A stretch of 63,971 nt of DNA, counting the filler, from Platydemus manokwari (Eukaryota), in the NCBI GenBank assembly GCA_037951405.1. It is 6 parts of 6 records of this genome, joined end to end, with 100 filler letters (N's around TTAATTAATTAA, not from the genome) between each part and the next. Parts side by side here need not be neighbours in the genome. Positions count along the whole stretch, not along the records: positions 36,252 to 45,841 come from JBBMOY011228321.1; positions 45,942 to 54,982 come from JBBMOY011308983.1; positions 55,083 to 63,971 come from JBBMOY011334095.1; 3 more parts are not named here. One strand, 5' to 3'. Position 1 is the first letter of the stretch. Each line of letters opens with the position of its first letter. Under the pieces are notes generated by a model, which was given only the letters and a program-made list of their open reading frames with translations, was not told where the DNA came from and ran no database searches. Positions 40,250 through 58,089 of the stretch are shown here, in pieces. Both the position numbers and the translations under genes were made by a program.

Positions 40250-41900
40250 TGGACACTCGTTTCCTTTGTACCTTAGTTCTCCATAGCAAAACCATGTACT
40301 GTCACTGTTCTATCTCTATTCTGATAATATAGACTAGTTGCAATCATCTTTAATGATCTTTGCTCATTGTCATCCATAGAACAAAAATGTTTTAGTTTAT
40401 TCACAAGGATGATCTTTCTCTTGAAACCGCTTATTGTAGCTTGTTGCTGTTTTTGGTTTTGATTTTTCTTCTGGTAACTTGACTTTGGTGTATTAGAAAA
40501 TTTTCTAATTGTATTTTGCTGATAAATATTAACCAGTTTCTCCAAATTATCAACCAATTTTCGTCTTTAGTCATAAGAAGGTCTAAAGCAAAAGATTCTA
40601 TCTAAAATAAATACCCTGATTATTACTAATTGTTGGATCTTGTCTCAGAGAGCAATATTCTGTCATCATTGGCTGTTGTATCCTTATCTTATCTAAATTT
40701 CTTTTACAGTAGACTTTTATTTCCTTTCAATAACATATTGAAGGGAAAATTTTGCTTTATTTGGTTAAATGTAGTGAACTCCTTTGTAATTTGAAGCCTC
40801 TCACAAGCAGCTCTGTCTTTAAGCGTTGGTTTGGATCTCCTGAGGCAGTGCTTAGTAGATCTTCTGTCTTTTCCTTTTTCTCTCTTGTGAACAAATTAAT
40901 TTCGGTTTGGTTACCAGTAGGAGTTTAAGACGTCATCTAATAATATTTATTTTTAAAAAGTTATTTGTAGACAATTACTGAACTCTTAATTAGCAAGAGT
41001 TTTGTAATTGAGTCAGGTCACATGATTTAGTCGATTTGAGGTTTTTTTATTTTGTTATTTAACTTTTTGTGTTGGTTTGGCAATTGGTGTAATTGTTGGG
41101 GTTTATGAAAGTAAGATACGATAACAAATGAAATTAAATTGAAATTTTGGTGTTATAAGTGAACAATGAATATAACTATAGAATTAAAGATAAATATAAG
41201 AGTAGGTTATGATTTTGTTCTCAACAGAATCTTCTCGAATTAGATACGTAAGTAGTGTTCGAATCACTCTCTTAAGATAATAATAATAATAAAATATAAA
41301 TAGACAGGTAAAATATGAAAATAAATTATTAAGTAAACGAATTTAATACAAAAGTTTATTAACAATAAATCGGATTTTAATATACACTTCAAGATGCAAT
41401 TCTATTGTGGACGGCTAGACCTTCCAGGAGAACATTCAGGTGTGCCCAACTAGTTGGCAAGACACCCCTGTGGTTAAAAAAGAACTGGGAGATAATAAAG
41501 TGGAACTTAAATAAATTTAAAACAACCACACAGCTATAGAGATAGCTGTGGGCGCGTAATATCAACATAAAATTTTACTCATCATGGTTTCGAGGTAAAA
41601 ATAGCTGAATTCGGAATTCGTAACAAAATCAAATGTTCTCGTGGATGCTTCTTCGAGTAATAATCAACGGGATCGCTCGAATATTTCTTCAACAAACTGA
41701 TAAAATTGGCTGGTCAAAATGCTTCGTAAATTATAATAAGATTGATCCGCTTGGCTTTCTTGCTAATAATAATTGTTTCGTTTGATAAAAAGTTTTGTCT
41801 AATTAATATTGTATGATAAAGTGCAATCAAAATGAATTTGCTTGCTCTTATATACTGGTTTTGTAGGTCGCATGCATCATATCAGAAGTGTTTACTTTTT
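40250..41900 (-). mobile_element. Possible LTR (41088-41900) plus decayed gag-like sequence (about 40250-40950)
   Basis: CAGTATATAAGA at 41846-41857; segment ends ...TTACA at 41088. Downstream fragmented K/Q/N-rich frames end in TVHG..H..C (C-x2-H knuckle-like). No PBS found. Confidence 0.35.
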
Positions 41901-42161
41901 TTTCTCTTTTGTTTCTAAATTTAGAAACTCTCTAGACATCATGCCTAAATTTATTAACAGCCTACTGTTTTTAGCTACTTGAGTTGCTAAATTGACCTAC
42001 ACTATTTTTCGCAATGATGTGGTTGCTAAAAATAGATTTTTGAAATTATTTTTTTGCTTTTGACCTTAGGTCCTATCTGGCTGACCTTGAGGTCGTTTAA
42101 ACAAAATATTTGTTGTAGATAAACAAATTTTTGTTTTATTTTTATTTTTTTATTGGGTGAA

Positions 42162-42289
42162 AATAATTGACTTTCGATATCTTATCATATTCAAATAAGA
42201 TCCCAATAATTGACCTTCGATATCTTATCATATTCAAATAAGATCCCAATAATTGACCTTCGAGATCTTATCATATTCAAACAAGATCC
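42162..42289. repeat. Three tandem 43-bp repeats, each with an internal hairpin
   Basis: AATAATTGAC(T/C)TTCGA(T/G)ATCTTATCATATTCAAATAAGATCCC x3; ATCTTAT/ATAAGAT are reverse complements. Confidence 0.9.
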
Positions 42290-42599
42290 AGTGACAGATA
42301 TCAATATTTATTTGCAAAAATTGGAAATATGTACTAACAAAGTAATGACATATCATGAATTTTTCAGCGGGTATCCAAGAATTCAAGCACTACTAAAACC
42401 GTTGCAGATGTAGACTTGACAAAGTATAACTATGATACTCTAGACTGGAATCTATTGCTCATAGGTGAGAATTCAACAACGGAAATTTTTGCCTTGTTAG
42501 ATTTGATTGGGAAAATTACTTCATCAGTAGATTTTGTTCCATTTACACAAATATAATATCGTTTATCCTTTTCTCAACCTTTCGCCTAGTTTTCAGAAG

Positions 42600-43100
42600 C
42601 GAAATCATCTTCAAGGAAAAATCTTTGTGGTCCATCTTTGCTGCAGTCACTGTACATCTTATTACAGCTGTACTTATTATAGATGTACTTCTTATTATCA
42701 AACATGCTTCTGGTTTAAACTGATTGTTTGAAAATTCACTCTTTTCTAAATTCTGGTTTTAATACCAATAATGAGATCTGTCCTGATCAACCGTATTTTA
42801 TGAGGTTCCAAGACTAGATCAATGATTGTGAACCTTTGATTTGTATCTTCGCAATTCTAAAGATCGATATCCTTCGTACAGCAATATTTCCTTTAGAGGT
42901 ATTTGAAAACTGCTATACTACCTAATCTGAACAATAATTCTGGTGAAATTATTTTCATCTTGATATTGTGGTATCAAGCTTGAAAAGCTTTTTAAAATTA
43001 TGTTTTGGACATCATAAACAGGTTGTGATGTTAAATCATACTTAAGCTAAAACTCTGCTAATAGACAATGTTTAGTACGTTTTTAGGTATTTTCAACTCC
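42600..43100 (-). mobile_element. Possible decayed non-LTR (LINE) RT fragment
   Basis: Minus-strand NFKKLF (DFKKAF-like) and GSQ..VLEP (GVPQGSVLGP-like) in the expected order, with many stops. Confidence 0.25.
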
Positions 43101-45288
43101 TCCACTTCTGCAATGTTTGCTGCTTACACCATCATAGTGGGATTTTATTATTAAAAAAATATTATTTGAAATCAGAATAATTTATTGTTCATTGTCAATA
43201 AATATTTTAATATTTGTGTTCAGTCGCTTAATTGGTTAAAATCCTATAAGATTCATAAAATTCATTTGGTTAAAATCATCATTATCATTGCCATTCATTA
43301 CCCATTTTTGGATAGAGCAATATTACAACAAATTAATAAAGACGTAAAAATAATAAGAAAATCAGTGAGTCGATAGAAGATGTATTTAAGAGAATTGCAA
43401 TCCACATAAAATCCATTACATACACCGTCATGTTTGTCTTCTCATAAGTTGTCGAATATCGAAACGAAAGAAGATCAATTAATTAAGGATATCAAAATAC
43501 CTGATGGTCGAAAATAATTCAGCAGAATAATATAAGTCGTAGATAGTGTTGATTAAAATTGTAATACAATAGAAATAATTAAAATAAAAAATCATCGACC
43601 CCAAAACGTAACAATTGTGTCTATTTTTATTTTCATAAGCGTAATATAAATGATAAAATTAAGCAATGGAATAATTTTGAGATTAGCAAATGTGGACATG
43701 GCGTATTAAATTTTGTGACTGATATTTGATTGGATAATTTTAGAATCATAGTTGATGACGAATTCATTTTGTTGAATATAAGTTATCGTGATATAATCAC
43801 TAGAACCTAACATATGAAAAATTACAATGGGTTTATCATCTTTCAAGTTACAAATCTATGTCAACCACATAGCAACTGTGTTGGCAAAGCCCTATAATAG
43901 CATTTCGTGTCAGTTATAAGTCAGTCACATTAAACTGATAAACTTGTCGATTAATCTCTGGTGATTCTGATCGCATTTGGACTCAACAATTACCGATTTG
44001 ATATTATACCTGCAGGAACTATGGATGGCAAACAGAAGAGAAATATTTCGAAATGGTAATACCTTCAGATTATAAGATGACAAAGCATATTTCCACCACC
44101 TATATTGCCATTATTTCTAGAAATCAAATTTCTAAAATACAAATTCAGCATGCATTAAAAATTTACAGTTTTTAATGGTTCAGTTGCTATAGAAACAGGC
44201 AAGAAACATTTCTTGATGTGTATAACAATTGCCAAAAGAAACAACTCTATTAAAGGTATTTAATTTATTAATTTTTACATTGTTTTCTTCTGTATTACTT
44301 TCTCAGATAATTGCTCAAAACAAAATAAAAAAAATACGTCCAAGAGAATACAAGAAATAAATCAAAATTTAAACCAGTAATTATTGGAAAGAAAAAACCC
44401 TTTTATTTGTCGGCCTTTCTGTGAAATGACTAATTTTTTGTTTGTTGAAATATTTTTCATGAAATCAATATCAATTATTATAATGAATCGGCATATTGTT
44501 TTTAGATATTTATAATTACATATCGACTTTTTCGTTGTAGGAAAATAGAAACTGGAAAACATTAGACATATACCATGGGATTATTATAAAATAGAAAATA
44601 AAATATTTAAAATGTAGACAAGAAAAAATAATAAAGCGAGGTATTCATCAACAATATTGATGGAATGACATTGTAAACAAATAAATGATGAAGTCATAAT
44701 AAATAAAAATGCTGTTGTATAATATCAGCAATATATTTTTGGATAAAAAGACACGATGAAGATAAGACAATAGAAAATTGAAGCTATTAGACAAAAGATC
44801 GTTAAATTAATACATATTAACATATACATTAACATATACAACATCTGATTTGTTGGGAGTTGAGTTGTCACACACGCGCACACACATTTATATTCGATAG
44901 AACGCAAAACATTAATGGTTTCTATAATAAAGATAAATAGAGAAATGAAATTATAAATAAATTTTGTATTGAAAATATGAGAATGAATATATAAATAAAT
45001 AAATGGATAATAAAACCAAGTCATAGTAAATATATATTTCATGTCAAATTGTAGTGGGGTGATGAAGAGATCCAACATTCCCCTACAGGAAAATACACGC
45101 ATAAAAAATGTACAAGAGATAATAAAAATAGTGATAATAATAATTATTATCATATTATTAATAATAATATTGATAATATATATATAAGAAATATTGATAA
45201 TTTTACAGTGGTGAAAAAATTACAAAATATCATTACAAAATTGTGACACAAGGCAAAAATGAGAGGTGGTAAATACATAATGGCGGCG

Positions 45289-45693
45289 TTATTTCTTAGC
45301 ACGGGTTGATCTTTTTGTAGCGGTCTCATCTTCAAATGGCTCGATCTTAGTTGAACGAGCTCTTTTATTTGCCTGAGGAGACTTGTTGAGTTTCTGTTGG
45401 CGTGTGGTAATGATCGATTTAAATGTATTAGTCTGAAATAAAGCGAAAAATGAAGGAGGAAATCATTTGAATAATGGAAAGATATTGATATTTGGTCCAA
45501 AAAAAACAAACAAATGAGATAACAAAACACATAAAGAAACCTGAACAGAAAACACACACACACATAGAGAGATATTTGATGAAATCACTACCACCTTCAA
45601 ATGGTAACAATTAACCATCTCGTCATCCGAGTCATTCATGATATAAATTAACTCGCTAACTCGCTGCATAACCTCATATAAGCGATCAACAAT
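45289..45693 (-). CDS. Last two exons of an unidentified gene with a basic C-terminal tail
   Basis: Exon 45693-45616 (IVDRLYEVMQRVSELIYIMNDSDDEM) and exon 45432-45289 (TNTFKSIITTRQQKLNKSPQANKRARSTKIEPFEDETATKRSTRAKK*). Phase-0 GT-AG junctions, followed by a long AT-rich 3'UTR-like tract. The rest lies beyond the contig end. Confidence 0.55.
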
Positions 45694-45841
45694 CTACAAA
45701 TCATCACCAAGTTCAATATGGGATATCACATAAATGTACTCAATCACCATATATTGTTATTTATTTATATTCATTATCAATGCATTGCACAGTGAGCTAT
45801 GTGATTCAATCAATTCTTAAATCCAGAATGATTATTGATAC

Positions 45842-45941
45842 NNNNNNNNNNNNNNNNNNNNNNNNNNNNNNNNNNNNNNNNNNNNTTAATTAATTAANNN
45901 NNNNNNNNNNNNNNNNNNNNNNNNNNNNNNNNNNNNNNNNN
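45842..45941. other. Artificial 100-bp contig-joining spacer
   Basis: 44N-TTAATTAATTAA-44N. Confidence 0.95.
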
Positions 45942-46114
45942 TTTCATTAAATAAATATTTTAAAAAATGTTTTTGTTTTTTAAAAAAAAAGCCGGAATCA
46001 TACTAATACACCTAATATTTAAAAGGGTAAGTGCTTTTAAGAAAATGTGATTACTGAAAGTGACAATTGCAAAAAACTCTTACTGTGATTGGGACTCCAC
46101 TGAGCTGACAATTA

Positions 46115-46235
46115 CTCCAAAAAGAATAAACGAATTTCGGATGCTTCTTAAATAAAATATCAAAATCGACCACGCTCCAAACAAGAATAAACGAATTACA
46201 AATGTTTCTTAGTTAGAATACCAAAATCAAGCACG
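46115..46235. repeat. Two tandem ~60-bp imperfect repeats
   Basis: CTCCAAA..AGAATAAACGAATT....ATG.TTCTTA....A.AATA.CAAAATC...CACG occurs twice. Confidence 0.7.
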
Positions 46236-48409
46236 ATAATATCTTTCAATGAATTTGTTCCGAACAACGATTGTGACTAATTATAGTTTCAACTTCTTAG
46301 CTTCGTTCGAATTGTGATTATAATTGTGTGTCTTGATCACACCTAACGACTGTATTTGTAGGTGTTGTTCTGCTGTCTTCATATGCTCATATCTCAATTA
46401 ATTGTTTTCCATTTGTTATATTTCCACGTCTATAACTTAATTAATCATTTTTTATCTGACTTAACGGATTTATATTTTTTCTCATTTTGTACTTTCCTTA
46501 GGCTATATATTTTTCTTATTTATTTTAGTTTATTTATTTATTCTATTTAATTTAATTGTTTTTGTTATTTATTTATTTATTCTAATTGCTTAATTTTAAT
46601 CTATTGCCTATTCCATTTGATTTAATCGCTCTATCTATTTATATGTTTAACTTTTAATGATTATTAATATATTTTATTTCGTTATTTTGTCGGAACATAT
46701 CCTCCATTCTGCACTCCGCTCCGTCCTGATACACGAATCATATACACATGTTAAATGTTTATTTTCTAACACTAATAACAGACAGTTGTTTTAAAGCATA
46801 TCATAAAATATAAAAGAAATGGATAATTGTTTTTAAAAACACACAATTGTTTTAAGTCATATCATAAAAAAATGGATAATTGTTTTTTCAATTCAGAACA
46901 CTACAAATCAAAAATTATTGTTAGCACTTGAAACAAATACACAGATGGCAGATAATTGTCTATATTGTTTGTGCCATCACTGGAAGATTGACTGCATCGG
47001 CCTCTTTACTGGGTATCCGACGTCCTCAAGCACGGCTACTTTGACTGCCAATCCTTAATCAATGTGTACTTAATGCTTTAAAGTTGTTTGATAGTGTAAC
47101 TTAGTGTTACTTAGTGTAAAATGTATAAACATTGATGTATATAAATGTTTTTTCGGGACAGGTATATGTACAACAATATTGTTTGGCTATATGTCAAATA
47201 TTTTTTGATGTATAAAAATGCTGTGTAAAAATGAAATAATGTGTAAAAATGTTTTTTATGCTGGGGGTGTTCTCAACAGAAAAACGCTAGAGCATAAGTT
47301 GCTTGTAAGTCCTCTTCCAAGACTATTTCATCTTTCATTTTATCTTTTATTTGTCCATACTTGCATAATCAGTTTATTCTTCTCAAATAATTGTGGATGT
47401 TTGACGCGTACCCTTTTGCTCATCATATAATTCATAAATCAATACTGCTTTTGCGAGGAAAATTTGCTAATTCATATTACTCTCCATAATAACTGTGATT
47501 GGCAACCTTACGACTCAATCCATTGATTATTATTTCAAAAATTAAACATTATCATTTCCATTTTTCTTATATTTGTGTTGTTATTTTTGCTCTATATATA
47601 ATTTCACGTTCTCTTGTTTTTAATTTAATAAAGAACTCACAGATCAGTATTCAAATTTCCTTTTAAATCCAATTTTATCAACAATTAAATTTTATCAAGA
47701 CTGCTTTTAATCAGACTTTAATAAAATTTTATCACTAATTATTTATTTTAATTAGACTGATTCTTGACTTGTTGTTTCAAATTTTGTTGCCAATTTTATG
47801 TTGTTCTATTGTTACTATTCAAACTCAACAGTGTGAGTTATTTTTTTATTTATGTAAGCTTCAATTGGCGATTATAATATACAAGTGTTCTTAGTTTTAT
47901 TTCAAAAAATAGCAGAACAATTATTTATAAAAACTCATTGATTTAATTTACAGGAATAATCACACAAGTTGACTCATACAAGTAATTTTTAAAGACTATT
48001 ATTTCAGTGATCTTCGGAGACCATAAGCACTGTTTTTAATTTCTATGTATTTTATATAAATAGATTTTAGTAATATTTCATTATTATTCCAAAAAGAAGG
48101 ACATTTTTAGAGTTTTATTTGTTAACTTTATTTATTTCACTTAAATAATTAAATTATTGCCGCAGTTTTCGTAAAAAAGGAAAATTTGAATTATTAAATG
48201 ATTTTATCCAATCGAAATTCTTAAAATTATTGTGCTTGACAGCCTTATAAATTCCATTTAATTATTAATTTCTATGTAAATTATTTAATGTCAAAAGAAA
48301 TTTTAGAAAGCCACCTTTCTCGTAAATACTGATTAAGACTATTCAAATTATGTTTTGATTTAATTTTGAAGAATTTTCGAAATAATTTTAAAATGAAAAT
48401 CTTGATAAT

Positions 48410-48780
48410 TTTTTTACTTAAGTTTAATAAAAAGGTTCTAAAATAAAATTTTTAATTTGTAGACTGTATTACAAAAAGCTATCTAGTTTATTTAATTATA
48501 TTCTTTTAAAACATTAATTTTTATTTAAATATTTTAGAAGGATTTTAGTTGTTTGAAATTAGATCTTATAAAACGCTGGAGCTTTAAAATCAATTAATGA
48601 AATTAATTAATTGAGTAACGGTCAAATTAGTTTCTAAATACAATTTATTTAGAATTAGTATGGACTTACTTTTAACATTAAAAGAAAATGGAACAACGAT
48701 ATGCAAAAATTTTTGGATTTATTTTATAAAAAATAGCGATATTGAAATAATTCAAATATGCTAGAAACTATGTATATGAA
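48410..48780 (+). mobile_element. Dispersed non-coding repeat, copy C (upstream of DZANK1)
   Basis: Collinear similarity with 27920-28450 (AAATAAAATTTTTAATTTGT.GA.TGTATTAC, TTTTAGTTGTTT). Confidence 0.65.
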
Positions 48781-49027
48781 TATGACTTTTTGAGAAATTA
48801 TTTTTGTCTTCACGAAAAATCAAATGATCTTGAGAGGCATCTAAATAAGTACACGATAATAATAATAAACAGTAATACATCTAAACTAAAAAATATATCA
48901 TAATGCAGCATAAATAATTGTTTTAAGTTTTATGAAAAATGTTCTGAATTAATTTCCATGTAAAATTGACTTTATAATGCATATATAATAATGTTAGTTT
49001 AAATAGCCTAAAATTATTTATTTATAA

Positions 49028-49041
49028 ATTACTATAGAAAC
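49028..49041 (+). promoter_or_regulatory. Candidate RFX X-box ATTACTATAGAAAC
   Basis: Fits the relaxed X-box consensus RYYNYY-WW-RRNRAC, 66-79 bp upstream of the DZANK1 ATG; DZANK1 is a ciliary gene. Confidence 0.5.
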
Positions 49042-49106
49042 ATTAATATTTTCAAATTGAAATTACTTACATATTTCTAGAAAGTTTATTAATAAGTATT
49101 TATTAA

Positions 49107-53594
<4,488 letters not shown>

Positions 53595-54982
53595 GTATTT
53601 TGTTTAATTTTTAATAATATTCATTGTTCATTTTTTCAAATTTTATTGAAAAATATTAAAATTTCAAAATATTTAAAGGTTTATTTTATGAAAATTACTC
53701 AGATTCGTGCTGAGAAGATATAACTGTGAACTAGAGATCAATTTTATAATCTTGTAAGAAACAGGTTTATTGATAAATCAGAGGAAAAAATTTAAATTAA
53801 TTAATTTGTTTTTTATAAAAAAATTAAATTTTGGTGACTTGGTTAGAACAATGTATTCACAAAATAGATTTCGATAACTTTATCGATCGGAACACTTCAC
53901 AAAAGATGATAAAATCTTACAACATACATGTAGCATTAATTATACGTTACATCTTTTCGAAAAATTCAACTGTTAATAAAAATTAATTCGAATAAATTAA
54001 TATGTAATTAAAATAATAAATAAAAATGAAAAATATAACCAGCTATTAATCAAGTTATTTCGGGTCGAGTAATTTGAAATATTTTTATTTAAAATATTAT
54101 AATTAAAGCAAGAATAGTCAGTATACAATTTAGCTAAAACAATCTGTCTACAAAAAATGGATAAAGTAATCTTGCCGTGAATTCAAGAATGCTTTATGGT
54201 CCTTAATAATTTTAAATATAGAATTTTGTAATATTTTTAGTTTAACCACAAGGTCTGATCGTATTGGTGTATTTATGTTATTTATTAAAAAATTACTTAA
54301 TTATCAAAAGATAAGTGATATTAATTTTCCAAAATTTAGTTTTTTATTATAAGTTCAACTGTAGTCAAATCCGGGTTTTCAAATTCAATAATGATAATTA
54401 TACACTTTAATATTTAAGTGAAGTGAACGTTTTCGATATCAACTTATATATTCTTCGACTTTGAGTACTTTGTACCAATTATCGTTCATTAAATTTTAAT
54501 ATTTTTAGTACTTTGTAGTGTAATTTTTGGAATTTTTCTTAAGTTTGAAGATTATTATTTTGGCATTAAAAATAATTGATAATTATTTTATTTTTATAAT
54601 TAACTATACATATTTTTATTTATGTACATTTCAATAAATAATTTCTTATAAACAATATTTTTCCCAACCACTTTCAGACTAGTTACTAGTTATCATTTTT
54701 TTTGGTTGTCAAGCCATATTTTTTCGACGTGGTTGAAATTTAGCCTACTTTGTTTCGGGGTTTTTCTCCTTCAATACTTTATATGGGCTGACCCTAATGG
54801 ATATTCTAACTAATGGCACTTTATCAGTTTCGCTGTCTAAGTAGAGTCCTAGTCTCTATTTTTAATATTGGGTCTATAACTTAAAAACCGGAATTTTTTT
54901 AGAAAAATTGAGTGTTTATTAAAGAAAATCTTGTACAATTCTGTTATCCAAAGTAATGTCCATCGGAAGTTACAACATTTCC

Positions 54983-55082
54983 NNNNNNNNNNNNNNNNNN
55001 NNNNNNNNNNNNNNNNNNNNNNNNNNTTAATTAATTAANNNNNNNNNNNNNNNNNNNNNNNNNNNNNNNNNNNNNNNNNNNN
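54983..55082. other. Artificial 100-bp contig-joining spacer
   Basis: 44N-TTAATTAATTAA-44N. Confidence 0.95.
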
Positions 55083-55578
55083 AGTTCTATTTCCAAATAT
55101 GGGCATATATTTATAATAATTTTTGGCAAGAATATTATTTGGAAAACCTTTGTATGAAAGTTTAAATTAATTATGAGCTGTTATTTTCTTATTAATTTAT
55201 TAACTAGAAATATAACTCACAATAATTATTAATAACCTACTTTTAAAACATGAATTTAGAAAATAAGAATGTGTTTGGTAAATGACATAAACAAGGAAAA
55301 TATCCACGAAAACCATGAAAATAACCTTCAAATGGTTGATACACACAGAATCGACACGCACCTGAGTCAATATATACTTCACACATATCAATCCATATTT
55401 TATAATATAATTAATACTAAATTCAACTTTTACAAAATAAAGTTAATTTTACCATATCATTTATTATTTTATGTTAAATTTATCATTAAATACATTTTAA
55501 TGGAAATTAATAAAATAATGATCATTATTAAATAAATCATTCATTCAAAATGATAATAAATATCCAACAAGTTTTAAT

Positions 55579-55815
55579 ATGTACAATCTACCATTTCAAT
55601 ATCAATTAGGATTACTTATATTTTTCGTGATTTTCTTGCTGTTTTTAATATATAAATGCTCAATGTCTTTATGGAATTATACTAATAAATCTACCAGCAA
55701 TCCCTATTCAATGTACGAATCGATAATTTCTACTAGAGATGCAACATTGATGTCTATACCGGATATAGATGTTTCATTATATGATTTGACATCAGAATTA
55801 AAAATATCAAATTAA
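55579..55815 (+). CDS. Candidate 78-aa single-pass membrane protein
   Basis: ATG-initiated, with hydrophobic LGLLIFFVIFLLFLIY followed by a polar Tyr/Ser-rich tail. TGAGTCA + TATATA at 55363-55376 upstream. No homology recognised. Confidence 0.3.
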   Translation: MYNLPFQYQLGLLIFFVIFLLFLIYKCSMSLWNYTNKSTSNPYSMYESIISTRDATLMSIPDIDVSLYDLTSELKISN

Positions 55816-58089
55816 ATCCTACAGCTTAAACAATTTCAAACTATTCGATACGATGTTAAAATAAAATTTTTGGACTTATAGATTTATATTTCCACTGTTG
55901 TGTTTTTATTTTTAATTTAATAATCTTACTATCTGTGGCAAGAAAAATATATCGTTAAATAAATCATATTATTTTTCGAATAATTTATATAATGCATATT
56001 TTCATATGTGAATTGTGTATTAGTTGTAAATTTTATTCTAAAATTCGTTACAAAATTGATTTAGTTTAACAAAAATAATTAAAATTTAATTTATAATTTT
56101 TTTCGTGACCTCTATATTTGTAAATTAATCTCACACTTTTGTAATAATTTTCAAATATATACGTTAATGTAGTAGTTCTGCTATTGGAAAATTTTTGTGA
56201 ATTGGAAACTGTTCTTACTCAATATTACTCGGAATAACACTTATTACGATCATTAGATTCTAATAACGAAATATACTAGTTGTATTATTTCTAGTAATAG
56301 AAATGTTCGGTTTTGATCCTTTTATTTTGAAATTATCCTCTCTGTAATAACCCAAATAACCAAGTTCGATTATATATTGTATGCTTATGTATTGTAAGCT
56401 TAAAAATAACCTGTGCGTTGTCATGACTGTAATGTTTTATTTATTCCTAATTATTTCTATTTATTATTGATACAGATTAATTGGCTCTATTACAAATCTC
56501 ATAATTTCTATTCGAATATTATAATTAAAACAAATCTTAACACTACAATTCTCATAATAATTGAATCTATTACAATTCTTTATCTCATATGATCATTATT
56601 ACTGATGTCTGTTAATGTGTGTATAGTCCTGTTAATGTATCTTACAGTGTTACGATAAGATTCCCCATCGTATCTTTTAGTAATCTCCGTAATGGATTTT
56701 ATTTTAGAAATTCCTTTTTATTTTTTAAATTTTTTTAATCAAATCAGTCTAATGTAGTTTTTATCGACTCAATTAAAATTTTGAAAATTTTGAACTTGTT
56801 TATTATTTCCAAAATATCTTTCTTAACATTTATTTCCTATTCCTTGTTTATAGCATTCGTAATTCATGAAATTCGATCTAATAAATTATTCTCAAGCGCG
56901 GATTCAAATTCTTTTTCAGCTGATTCTAATCTGAGAATATTATTATAATTTTTCATAGTAATTTACAATCCATCTATCCAATTGTACAATTTAACATTTA
57001 GATTTTCTCCGCCATTCTTGGTCAATCATAAAATATTCCAATCGAATAGAAACAATCTCATTCTTTCCAGTTGTTGAAAACCGTCGATTTTGATTCTATT
57101 GATGAAGTTTTCAGTTTCATTCAAACAAAAAACCTGTCAAGAACGGGTTCTATACGTAAAAACAGAGAACCTATCATATACATACCAAATAGGGTATATA
57201 TCTCTGTTAAAATCAAAATCGAGCTGCTAGAACAGGATTGGAAGCATAGAGAAATCTGCATAAATACAACCAAGAGGAAAATAAAATAAAACATATAACT
57301 GAATGTGCCAAACGAGCTTAATTCTATTTCGAAAAACTGAACATAGATAAAGGATTCAGTGAATATCTGCAACAAACCCGAGAATTGATATAAGAGAGCA
57401 AATGATGAAGGCAGATAATAAACTGATACAAACAGCAAATAAGAAATAAAGTGCTTCAGTCTGCACATAATTAATTATAAGATAATTCAATCCTGGTGAT
57501 ATTAGTTAATTTAGGAAAGGCATATATCCGATACAATATATGAAAATTCACCAATCAATCATTCAATTCATCAGATAATTATTTTATAATTTGTGACTAT
57601 CGAATATTTAGAAACTTTAAAAATTTTCTTGATATTCTAAATTATTTGATATTTGCGTTCAGTTTTGTATATATTCACTAGTTACAGTTGTAAGGAAAAT
57701 TCGTAAATGTGAATAGTGATTGCGCAATTATCAGTAGCTACTAACCAATTAACCTCCCATGCTGTGATTATATCATGAGAAATAGGATGATATATAACAT
57801 CTTAATTGTTGTAAATAAATGTTCCTTTATTAAAGTCTTATGATTAAGAACAGTATCCTAATGACGAATTTATAATCAATATTTAATTCTTGATAATATT
57901 TATCGGACAATATAAATTTATAAAACCGATATCTAATTTTTAATGCAATGAATCTAATTCTACAAAATTTTATTTAAATAAACATTAGAATTATCGAAAG
58001 TTAAGTGAAACATATCATAATTTTGAATAATAATAATAATAATCCTCATCATCATAATCATCATAATCATAATCATAATAATAAGAAGA

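Noticed and set aside
44725-45610. Long hydrophobic ORFs (44725-45153, 45150-45563) as membrane proteins
   Set aside because: I/F/L/Y-rich translations of T-rich UTR or intron sequence. The same applies to ORFs at 11049, 17025 and 46362.
46960-47390. LINE/SINE 3' end or ncRNA
   Set aside because: GC-richer structured patches suggest a retroelement tail, but no ORF, tail repeat, TSD or A/B boxes could be shown.
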